Source: an uncultured virus (IMG/VR IMGVR_UViG_3300017917_001941)
Lineage: Duplodnaviria > Heunggongvirae > Uroviricota > Caudoviricetes
Virus record (IMG/VR): IMGVR_UViG_3300017917_001941
Strand: one strand, 5' to 3'
DNA: 64,000 bases
In this document: one piece after another, positions 28,767 to 36,590 of the stretch
Position numbering within the stretch: the first letter of the stretch is position 1
Layout: every line of letters starts with the position of its first letter
The notes under the pieces: model-generated
The model's database searches: none
Seen by the model: the letters and a program-made list of their open reading frames with translations, nothing else
Told to the model about the DNA's origin: nothing
Position numbers and translations under genes: made by a program

Positions 28767-29231
28767 ATGGGCTACCTTCCCGATGAAGACCTGGCCTGGC
28801 TCAAGGAGCTTCACCGGAGCCTTTGGCCGACCTCACACAAGTCCAATGGCATCGAGCTGGAGGCTTACCGCCAGCTCACCCATGAGGAGCTAGAACGGGT
28901 CCTGGGGCTCATTGAGACCCACTCCCTCCTGACCTCGATGTTCAGCGTCGGGATGTTCGGTGGGTTCGGGATGAGGGTCTACGAGGATCCCCCAGCCTTC
29001 GGTCTCCCACCCGAGCAGGTGCTATGCCTGCATGAGGGCCACCTGCCTCCCCCGACCCGGCTTCAACGAGCCCTCGGGGAGGTTCCTGAGCCTCAACCCA
29101 GGGTACCCGGTTGTGGTATCCCGGAAGCCTGGGACCTGTTCTCCAAGTACACTCACTCGGAGCAGAACAAGAAGGCCCTGGCGTACTTCAAGCTGGAGCC
29201 CCCTCGGGAGCGGAGCTACTACGACTACTGA
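28767..29231 (+). CDS. hypothetical protein
   Basis: 154-aa ORF; C-rich third positions unlike neighbours. Confidence 0.65.
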   Translation: MGYLPDEDLAWLKELHRSLWPTSHKSNGIELEAYRQLTHEELERVLGLIETHSLLTSMFSVGMFGGFGMRVYEDPPAFGLPPEQVLCLHEGHLPPPTRLQRALGEVPEPQPRVPGCGIPEAWDLFSKYTHSEQNKKALAYFKLEPPRERSYYDY

Positions 29232-29286
29232 TTCAACCAACCTCCTCAGCATAGGAGCTACTACGACTACTGATTCAACCAACCTC
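29212..29286. repeat. 33-bp direct repeat x2 (42-bp period)
   Basis: ggagctactacgactactgattcaaccaacctc at 29212 and 29254. Confidence 0.9.
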
Positions 29287-29343
29287 TACAGCGAAAGGAG
29301 ATGCACCATGGATAGCGATTCTGGCGATTGTGATGATCTCTAC

Positions 29344-29419
29344 GGAGCGGTAGGGGAGTTCGGCCGTCCCCGGTGGCCTGTCACGCCACAGATCGTGGGT
29401 TCAAATCCCATTCGCTCCG
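29344..29419 (+). tRNA. tRNA-Asp(GTC)
   Basis: gtggc-ctGTCac-gccac. Confidence 0.9.
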
Positions 29420-29424
29420 CAACT

Positions 29425-29496
29425 GGACCTATACGCATCTGGTGAGGCGACCCGCCTGTCTAGCGGGCGAGGCGAGTTCGATTCTCGTTGGGTCCG
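29425..29496 (+). tRNA. tRNA-Asp(GTC), divergent body
   Basis: cccgc-ctGTCta-gcggg. Confidence 0.85.
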
Positions 29497-29500
29497 CTAC

Positions 29501-29571
29501 AGGGGTGTCGTTCAATGGTAGGACCGTGGCTTCCAATCCCACCAATGGGGGTTCGATTCCCTCCGCCCCTG
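29501..29571 (+). tRNA. tRNA-Trp(CCA)
   Basis: A1-U72, G73; gtggc-ttCCAat-cccac (one mismatch). Confidence 0.75.
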
Positions 29572-29578
29572 CAAGTTC

Positions 29579-29743
29579 ATGAAGCGTCCTTGTCCCATCT
29601 GCAAGGTCCGTCCCGTGGTCTACCTCGGGGCTGAGCACTGTTCCTACAAGTGCTGGGTGGTGTCTTTGAAGCCAGTCAAAGACAAGCGTCACGATAGACC
29701 TGCCCTCAAGCAGCTTGATCTTCTTGTTGGGTGGTGTAGGTAG
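29579..29743 (+). CDS. small YacG-like Zn-finger protein (below ORF-track cutoff)
   Basis: MKRPCPICK...EHCSYKCW, 54 aa. Confidence 0.45.
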   Translation: MKRPCPICKVRPVVYLGAEHCSYKCWVVSLKPVKDKRHDRPALKQLDLLVGWCR

Positions 29744-29753
29744 CAAGAGACTT

Positions 29754-29824
29754 TGGGGTGTCGTCCAATGGCAGGACACCGGGTTCTGGCCCCGTTAATC
29801 GGAGTTCGACTCTCTGCACCCCAG
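29754..29824 (+). tRNA. tRNA-Gln(CTG)
   Basis: cggg-ttCTGgc-cccg. Confidence 0.88.
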
Positions 29825-29828
29825 CTAT

Positions 29829-29899
29829 TCCGGCTTCGTCCAAGGGCAGGACAGAGGTCTTTGAAGCCTCGAATCGTGGTTCGATTCCACGAGCCGGAG
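29829..29899 (+). tRNA. tRNA-Gln(TTG)
   Basis: gaggt-ctTTGaa-gcctc. Confidence 0.85.
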
Positions 29900-29904
29900 C
29901 TATT

Positions 29905-29977
29905 GGGGCTGTAGCTCACTTGGGAGAGCGCCTGGTTTGCAACCAGGAGGCAAGGGGTTCGATTCCCCTCAGCTCCA
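29905..29977 (+). tRNA. tRNA-Ala(TGC)
   Basis: G3-U70; cctgg-ttTGCaa-ccagg. Confidence 0.92.
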
Positions 29978-30043
29978 CTCCGTCTCCAGGAAGGGAGGGC
30001 GACACCTGCCACAGTGGTGTGACAACTGGGAGAGACCAGACAC

Positions 30044-30119
30044 GGGGCATTAGCTCATCTGGGAGAGCGTCTGACTGGCAGTCAGAAGGTGATCGGTTCA
30101 AGTCCGATATGCTCCACCA
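30044..30119 (+). tRNA. tRNA-Ala(GGC)
   Basis: tctga-ctGGCag-tcaga; CCA encoded. Confidence 0.92.
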
Positions 30120-30300
30120 CCCTTTATCCACCTTTCCGTTGTGAGCCTAAGGTGGTACTGATGGTGAAGTCGTACTGGTAAGCTCACATTCTACCAGTAC
30201 GGAATTGTCGAGGGCGGTTGGACGGAATGGTACCGACGCGACAATGAGAGGAAGGACTTTAGCTGATCACTTCAGACACCCCTCTCATACTGCCTTTTTT

Positions 30301-30373
30301 GCGGGTATAACTCAGTTGGTAGAGTGTTTGCTTCCCAAGCAAAATGTCGAGGGTTCGAATCCCTTTACCCGCT
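30301..30373 (+). tRNA. tRNA-Gly(CCC)
   Basis: tttgc-ttCCCaa-gcaaa. Confidence 0.92.
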
Positions 30374-30374
30374 C

Positions 30375-30495
30375 TGTAGAGAATGACTGAGAGACTACAT
30401 CGGATTGGTGGCCGAGATGACTAGGCACCTCCTTGACCGGAGGCTACGCTGGTTCAAGTCCAGCCCGACAGGTCTTTCAACTTTTTGTCTCTACA
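30375..30495 (+). ncRNA. Y-RNA-like RNA 7 (non-permuted D-anticodon-T tRNA body inside)
   Basis: tgtaga-GAATG...TTTGTC-tctaca; tgagagac/gtctttca; ACTACA; T arm gctgg-ttcaagt-ccagc. Confidence 0.7.
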
Positions 30496-30629
30496 AATTT
30501 GTCAGAGGCCGAATCTTCGGGAAAACCCATTCCCCCTCAATTGAGTCCAAAGGAGCGTGACACGGCCGCTCACGATTGAGGACCAGGTTGGGGGTCGGGA
30601 CGGTTGATAGCCATCCCCCTCTGCCTTTT

Positions 30630-30699
30630 GCTGATGTATCTCAACGGTCGAGTACTTCCTTGGGTAAGGAAGTTGTGGGTTCGATTCCCATCGTCAGCT
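30630..30699 (+). tRNA. tRNA-Thr(GGT)-like with 8-nt anticodon loop
   Basis: cttcc-ttgggtaa-ggaag; 2-nt variable region. Confidence 0.55.
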
Positions 30700-30702
30700 C
30701 TC

Positions 30703-30836
30703 TCCGACAAATGACAGTGAAAACTACATCAACCCGTTAAGTTGGGAATGCGGGTTCGAGTCCCGTCGGGCAACCTCGGTTGCCTGTCCTCTAACTGGTA
30801 AGATCCTACGTCGTTTTCACGCTGCTTGTTGTCGGA
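30703..30836 (+). ncRNA. Y-RNA-like RNA 8 (YrlA-type permuted module)
   Basis: tccgac-AAATG...CTTGTT-gtcgga; gtgaaaac/gttttcac; ACTACA; gcggg-ttcgagt-cccgt, cgggcaa/ttgcctg. Confidence 0.72.
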
Positions 30837-30904
30837 TCAATCTCCCCAGGGGCTATGAGAACCCTGAGGGGTGGTGGAGGGCTAAGCCGGAAACGGCCGC
30901 CCCT

Positions 30905-30934
30905 GGGGCCCGGGAGACCCGGGCCCCCTTTTTT
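30905..30934 (+). terminator. Rho-independent terminator ending the RNA array
   Basis: ggggcccggg-aga-cccgggcccc followed by a T-run. Confidence 0.85.
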
Positions 30935-31341
30935 ATTCTTAGTTTATATCCCTGCTAAGGGCCTTGTCGGGTGGCGACGGTGTGGGGGACATAAGTGCCC
31001 TTGACGAAAGGTTCGAGGCCTTTAAGGTCCACAATTGGTAGTTTCTATCTTAGGGAGTGTAGTGATATGTTGCAGAGAGAGATGAAGGGGTTTCTTTAAG
31101 GTAGCGCCAATCGCTGCCTTAAAGGAGACTCTGTGCATACGAATTACCGTCGTTCTCCGCCTCGCTACAGGCTGTATAAGGACTATCAGAGGGCTTGGGT
31201 GAAACGTTATCATCATCACGTGTATCGGCAGAGGGTTCGGGAAGCGCTTCGCTGGGACTTTGAATCTTGTCACTTCCCGGTCTTGGATGAGGTTTGGAAT
31301 CTTTGGATCTACGACTGATTCTTCTTGGTGTACCATAGCGC

Positions 31342-31884
31342 ATGCCTGGAAAGAAACCCCTAAGGCTAGGTATTGACAACACAAAGACTACGGTGGCCGA
31401 GGCCCAGGACGCCCTTAAGCCCCATGTCCATGGGGCGGGGGTCATTTGTCCTTGTTGTCTTCAGCTCGTGAAGTTGTATGAGCGGGAGATCACTGTGTCC
31501 ATGGCCTATGTTGCCATTTTGCTTCACAGGCATTTCGTAGAGAGTCAAGCTTGGCTTCACGTTCCCGAGTACCTTTCAAACTTGTCTAAGATTGGTTCAG
31601 CTGTCCGTGGGGGCGATTGGGCTAAGCTTCGTTACTGGGGGCTCATCGAAGAAAAGCCTGAGGACAAGCGCAAGGATGGAAGTAGGCGGTCGGGGTATTA
31701 CAAAATGACCGAAAGGGGTCATCAGTTTGTGAAGGGCGAGATAAAGGTCCCCCGTAGTATCTTGCTGTATAATGAGCACTTTTTGGGTTACGGTAAAGGT
31801 GAGGTTGGAATTAGAGATTGTTTGGGAAAGGAGTTTGATTACGACGATCTTATGGCGGGTAAACTTGGGGGGTTCCTGGTTTGA
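31342..31884 (+). CDS. hypothetical protein (CPCC, winged-helix-like)
   Basis: KLRYWGLIE...GYYKMTERG. Confidence 0.75.
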   Translation: MPGKKPLRLGIDNTKTTVAEAQDALKPHVHGAGVICPCCLQLVKLYEREITVSMAYVAILLHRHFVESQAWLHVPEYLSNLSKIGSAVRGGDWAKLRYWGLIEEKPEDKRKDGSRRSGYYKMTERGHQFVKGEIKVPRSILLYNEHFLGYGKGEVGIRDCLGKEFDYDDLMAGKLGGFLV

Positions 31885-31908
31885 GTTTTGACGGTGTAGT
31901 GGTCGAGC

Positions 31909-32580
31909 ATGAAGAATCCGATTTGTTTTGCTCTTGATGGGATGCGTGCGGACGAGGCCGATTGTTATGTGGATTTGTTGGAGGATTATGTAGGTGCCTT
32001 TAAGGTTGGCCTGGAGTTATTCATTCGGGCCAAGCGCCTCCCAAGAAGTTCGAAGCCTATCATTCTTGATCTGAAGCTTCATGATATTCCGGAGACGATC
32101 AGCCGAGCGGTTGCCGCCGGGTGTGACCTTGGTGCCAAGTTTATGACGATCCATATCCAGCAACGAAGAGCTCTGGAGCAGGCTGCCCTCGTTGCTGCTC
32201 CCTACGGATGTACCCTCCTAGGAGTCACTGTTTTGACTTCAATGGACGAATCCGATTTTCGGGATCTGAACTTTGCAGATTCTGAGCCATTGTTTCGGGT
32301 AATTCGCCTCGCTCGTTTTGCGTCAGAGTGTGGACTTAAAGGATTCGTTTGCTCCCCACAGGAAGTAGGTGAACTTCACCAGCGACTCCCCGATTCTTTT
32401 TTTCTTGTTCCGGGGATTCGCCCCATCGGCTCGGATATAGCGGATCAGAAACGAGTAGGAACTCCAGGGCAGGCGGTCAGGGACGGTGCCAGTTTGATCG
32501 TTGTTGGTCGGCATATTCGGGATTCTAAAAACCCGGTTAGTGCCGCTAAGGCTATCCTTGAGGAAGTCCTTCAGGGGTGA
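31909..32580 (+). CDS. pyrF: orotidine-5'-phosphate decarboxylase
   Basis: FKVGLEL, LDLKLHDIPET, VTVLTS, VPGIR, DQKRV.TP, VVGR. Confidence 0.95.
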   Translation: MKNPICFALDGMRADEADCYVDLLEDYVGAFKVGLELFIRAKRLPRSSKPIILDLKLHDIPETISRAVAAGCDLGAKFMTIHIQQRRALEQAALVAAPYGCTLLGVTVLTSMDESDFRDLNFADSEPLFRVIRLARFASECGLKGFVCSPQEVGELHQRLPDSFFLVPGIRPIGSDIADQKRVGTPGQAVRDGASLIVVGRHIRDSKNPVSAAKAILEEVLQG

Positions 32581-35187
32581 TCATACTGGGGTTCTTAAAA
32601 CTTGCGTTTTGGTGGACCAGTATAGGTAGTTTCCGTCTTTCCAGAGCTTGTAGCTCTCGTGTCCTTGGACTACAACAATTGGAGTGCCGCCGGAGGTACT
32701 TACTTTCCACAGTTTGTGGTTACTTGACCAGTATACCCACTTGTCGTCAGCGGTCATTGCTGTTATCCAAATGTTGCTGATCATTGGTCCGAACTTGGTG
32801 ATCATGGTGTTGTTCTTCCAGATCCCGTAGTCCCCAAAGGTTGTGAAGTTTCCTGAAGTGTTGATTTTTTGTCCTGCCCAGTATACATCAGGACCGTAGC
32901 CGGTGATTACCTCATTGGAGAAGCAGGCCTGTCCGTAGTAAATAGCAAGTTTGACGTTTTGGACGACATAGCTATTTGAGTTATCTATCCTTGTGCTCGG
33001 GGTCTTGTCATAAAGGAAGGTGGTCGTGGCCTTGAATCTAGACCCTTTCCCAGGTACTACTAGCGTGACGATATTCTTGTAAGGGTATGGGAAGTATGTT
33101 CTGTTAGCGTTCCAGTTTTTGTTGTATCTCGGGGCGTAGTACCCGGAGTTGAAGTTCATGCTTTCGTAGGTCCCCTCGTGCCCTAGTTCTCGGTCATTCC
33201 AATAGACCTGGGAGTCATCGAATTGAAGATGCCAGGACCATCCCGTAAAGCCTACATAGCCTACTTGCCCTAGTCCTGTTCGATCAGCAACTATTACCTC
33301 TCCGTGTCGATTGATTCCATAGACCCCTTCGTCTTGAATTGAAAGGCCGAATACTCGTTTGGCGATTTTCAGGTCAGTTATCTCATTCGTGGAAATATGT
33401 TTCAGGAAAACTCCACGGACTGTATCCCACGGTCCGTAGCTGTTCATATAACATATCTCCTGGGCGCTTCCGGTGGAACTCCAGACCAGCTCATCATTTC
33501 GCACGTCGAAATCAACAATGTACTGGTTGTTCGTTGGCTCAATCACTGATTCTATTGCGCAAGTTCCGTTGCTGCAAACTCCGTTGGTTCCGCAAGAGAC
33601 TCCGCACCCGCCACAGTTTTTCGGGTCATTCCCGAGGATGTTGATCTCGCAACCGTCAGTTGTGGTTTGATTGCAGTCAGCCCACCCCGTAGTGCATTGC
33701 CCAATGCCACACGTTGAGTTGATGCAAGTTGCTGTTGTTGAGTTAATTGGGAGGTTACATTTAGCCCCACACGCCCCGCAGTTATTGATGTCGTTTGTTA
33801 GGCTAATCTCACACCCATCAGTCGGTGTCTTGTTGCAATCCCCCCAGCCCTCTTTGCAGCTTCCAACTCCACAACCTGAGGCTGTGCAACTTGCTGTGGT
33901 TACGTTAGCGGTTAGAGCGCATTTGATTCCACAACCGAGGCAGTTGTTAGTGTCGGTCTTTAGGCTAATCTCACATCCATTGGTGATTAAGTTGTCGCAG
34001 TTATCATATCCTGACGTACAGGCGATTGAGCAGGTACCGTTAGAACAGATTGGAGTTCCCCCTGTCGAGGGGCAGACTGAATTCTGGCAAGCTCCACAAT
34101 GAGTCGGGTCAGTTTTTAGGTTGACCTCGCACCCATCTGCCAGGTTGTCGTTGCAGTTGGCGAACCCATCCTGGCATGCATACTGACACATCCCGTTACA
34201 CGAGGCAGTCATATTGGCTGGTGGCTTACACTGAATCCCGCAACCGCCACAGTTTGTGAGGGTCATGGTATTCGTCTCACATCCATTGAGAGAGATACCG
34301 TCGCAATTTCCGACCCCCTCTAGGCAGATGACTTGGGTACACATGTAGTTTTGACAAACTTCGGTACCTGGATTGCACTTGATTCCACACCCGCCACAAT
34401 TGCTCATTGTGTAGAGTGGTGTCTCACAGCCATCAGAGAGAAGTCCGTTACAGTTACCGAAGTCTGGATCACATGCACCCAGGCCACAGCTTCCAGATTG
34501 GCAATGGCTCTTTGCATGGGCAATCTGACAGACCTTACCGCATTCTCCGCAATTGGTTGGGTCCGTGAGGAAGTTTACCTCACAACCGTCGGTTAGGTTA
34601 TGATTGCAGTCTTTTGTGTTTTTTGCGCAAACGAGGCCAGCATCTGAACCAATTGACCCGCCAGTTCCGGTATCGATTCCTCCCGAGTCTTTAGGTGTGG
34701 TGCCAGAGTCGGTTCCACCGGTTCCGGAACTCGATCCGCCAGTACCGGATTCGATCTTGCCAGAGTCCGAAGGACTTCCGCCGGTTCCGGAACTTGACCC
34801 GCCAGTACCGGATTCGGTCTTGCCCGAGTCCGAAGGACTTCCGCCGGTTCCGGAACTTGACCCACCAGTACCGGATTCGGTCTTACCAGAATCTATGGTA
34901 CCGCCGGTTCCAGAGTTTGATTCTTCAGCTTCAGGGGGTACCTTGTCATTTTGCGAATCCGTATTTTCCGGTTCGGAGCCGGACCCGCCCGAACCTGTTG
35001 AACTTCCGGACCCACCTTGACTCTCTTTTGAGGTAATGGGGTCTAACTTGGACCCAGCTTCTGTTGTGAAGCTTCTGGTTGGGTCCACCGTAGGTGGAAG
35101 GTTGATTAGTATGGTGTCGCCTTCACCGCCGCCACATCCGGTTAGAAGAAAAACGACGATGATCAGGACATATAGTTGTCGGATCAT
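32581..35187 (-). CDS. myxobacterial-type Cys-rich repeat lipoprotein with C-terminal propeller-like domain
   Basis: Lipobox LTG-C; GTGG linker; many DCN..DGCE..D..NCG.CG..C repeats. Confidence 0.8.
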   Translation of the reverse strand: MIRQLYVLIIVVFLLTGCGGGEGDTILINLPPTVDPTRSFTTEAGSKLDPITSKESQGGSGSSTGSGGSGSEPENTDSQNDKVPPEAEESNSGTGGTIDSGKTESGTGGSSSGTGGSPSDSGKTESGTGGSSSGTGGSPSDSGKIESGTGGSSSGTGGTDSGTTPKDSGGIDTGTGGSIGSDAGLVCAKNTKDCNHNLTDGCEVNFLTDPTNCGECGKVCQIAHAKSHCQSGSCGLGACDPDFGNCNGLLSDGCETPLYTMSNCGGCGIKCNPGTEVCQNYMCTQVICLEGVGNCDGISLNGCETNTMTLTNCGGCGIQCKPPANMTASCNGMCQYACQDGFANCNDNLADGCEVNLKTDPTHCGACQNSVCPSTGGTPICSNGTCSIACTSGYDNCDNLITNGCEISLKTDTNNCLGCGIKCALTANVTTASCTASGCGVGSCKEGWGDCNKTPTDGCEISLTNDINNCGACGAKCNLPINSTTATCINSTCGIGQCTTGWADCNQTTTDGCEINILGNDPKNCGGCGVSCGTNGVCSNGTCAIESVIEPTNNQYIVDFDVRNDELVWSSTGSAQEICYMNSYGPWDTVRGVFLKHISTNEITDLKIAKRVFGLSIQDEGVYGINRHGEVIVADRTGLGQVGYVGFTGWSWHLQFDDSQVYWNDRELGHEGTYESMNFNSGYYAPRYNKNWNANRTYFPYPYKNIVTLVVPGKGSRFKATTTFLYDKTPSTRIDNSNSYVVQNVKLAIYYGQACFSNEVITGYGPDVYWAGQKINTSGNFTTFGDYGIWKNNTMITKFGPMISNIWITAMTADDKWVYWSSNHKLWKVSTSGGTPIVVVQGHESYKLWKDGNYLYWSTKTQVLRTPV
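34705..34895. repeat. three 63-bp coding tandem repeats (bounds approximate)
   Basis: DSGKTESGTGGSSSGTGGSPS x3. Confidence 0.85.
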
Positions 35188-35293
35188 TAAACAATCTCTC
35201 CTGTATAATGTTGAGGTACCCTATTTTTCAATAAAGTCTAGGAGATTTTTTCTTTGATCACTAATGGCCTAACGGTTACGATTTTATGGAATC

Positions 35294-35376
35294 GCTCAGG
35301 TGGTGGAACTAGGTAGACACATCTGTCTCAAAAACAGATGCCCTATGGCGTGAGGGTTCGAGTCCCTCTCTGAGCA
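35294..35376 (+). tRNA. tRNA-Leu(CAA)
   Basis: tctgt-ctCAAaa-acaga. Confidence 0.9.
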
Positions 35377-35407
35377 CTGTTTGGTGTAAAGTGGGTTGGT
35401 CCTCAAA

Positions 35408-35753
35408 GGGAGTGACAGGTTTCGACGGGGTGCTGAAGGGATTTTTCGCGTGTAGGCGGCTCTCGATCCGCCTTGACCAAGCGAGAAAAGCATAACTGCC
35501 AACGATAACGGCAACGCTCTTCGGGCTGCGGCCTGAGAGTCGATCCACTCTGAGATAGTCCTGGTAGGGGTATGGGTCGTCAACCACGAGGGCTGGTCTT
35601 TTCTTCGGGCTTCCGGAGGGTGAGACAAGATAAACAGGAAGCTAGGTCGTTGGCCGAACCCACGAACCCCGCCGGAAGGGCAGACCGGCTACACACGTGA
35701 ATGAGGGAAATCATTAGGTGTTCCGGACCCGGGTTCGATTCCCGGCACTTCCA
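35408..35753 (+). ncRNA. ssrA: tmRNA, tag ANDNGNALRAAA*
   Basis: 5' GGGAGTGACAGGTTTCGAC, 3' GACCCGGGTTCGATTCCCGGCACTTCCA, G3-U70; tag ORF 35498-35536. Confidence 0.93.
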
Positions 35754-35755
35754 CG

Positions 35756-35791
35756 AAGCCTGACGTATGAGAGTACGTCAGGCTTTTTTTT
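35756..35791 (+). terminator. Rho-independent terminator
   Basis: aagcctgacgta-tgagag-tacgtcaggctt followed by a T-run. Confidence 0.85.
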
Positions 35792-35832
35792 GCACTCTAT
35801 AGGATTGGTTATGCGAAAACGAAGGTGACATC

Positions 35833-36396
35833 ATGGAGAGTCGAGCACTACTTCTGAATACTTGGGGGATGCCTCACGCGATTGTTCCCTGGTATGATGC
35901 AATCAGTCTTGTGTATCAGGAAAAAGTTATAGTTTTGGAGGAGTATGATGAGACAGTCAGTTCTCCTTCTACTACCTACTTTATTCCTGCTGTCATGCAG
36001 CTTAAGAAGTCTGTTGCATCTGTGAAGAAGGGTGTGAAGTTCTCTCGGATCAATATCTTCTCTCGCGACGGGTTCAAATGCCAGTACTGTGGTGACCGAA
36101 GGGTGATGCGGGAACTCAACTATGACCATGTGATTCCACGTAAACAGGGTGGAAAAACGACATGGGAGAACATTGTCACCTGTTGCTACGCTTGCAATGA
36201 CAGGAAGGGAGGAAGGACGCCAGAGCAAGCAGGGATGAAGCTTCTCCGCAAGCCGGCAAAACCGCATAGTCTACCCCTCCATGCGGTCTTCATTGGTGGG
36301 GCCGAGATTCCCCCAGTATGGGAACCCTACCTGGATTGGGCAAAAGCCCAGGCACATGGGTCGGGATTTTATATGGTAGGTCCTACAGCTGCCTAG
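35833..36396 (+). CDS. HNH endonuclease (McrA-like)
   Basis: RDGFKCQYCG, DHVIPRKQGG..WENIVTCCYACNDRKG. Confidence 0.92.
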   Translation: MESRALLLNTWGMPHAIVPWYDAISLVYQEKVIVLEEYDETVSSPSTTYFIPAVMQLKKSVASVKKGVKFSRINIFSRDGFKCQYCGDRRVMRELNYDHVIPRKQGGKTTWENIVTCCYACNDRKGGRTPEQAGMKLLRKPAKPHSLPLHAVFIGGAEIPPVWEPYLDWAKAQAHGSGFYMVGPTAA

Positions 36397-36590
36397 ACAC
36401 CGATTGTGCCTTGGTGTATAGTTGATATCGGGATCGCGCTCAGGCTTGGATCCTCTCACGGCGGAGCCGCACCTAATGGGGTTTGGGCGAAGTCGCGGAC
36501 GTAATAGTAACTGCTAGGATTTGGAAGGAATTGTCCAGCCTTCGCGTCCGAGCAACAACTTCACGTAAGCGATGGTGTATGCTCATGACT

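Noticed and set aside
29212..29286. Mini CRISPR array
   Set aside because: Only two copies, a 9-nt gap, no hairpin, and it overlaps a CDS end.
30150..30200. Hammerhead ribozyme
   Set aside because: CTGATGG rather than CTGANGA, and no properly placed GAAA/UH core.
20989..30390. Short ORFs overlapping tRNAs (e.g. 20989-, 22968+, 23566-, 23615+, 28126+, 28527-, 29373+, 29689-, 29758+, 30205+)
   Set aside because: Shadow translations of tRNA/ncRNA genes.
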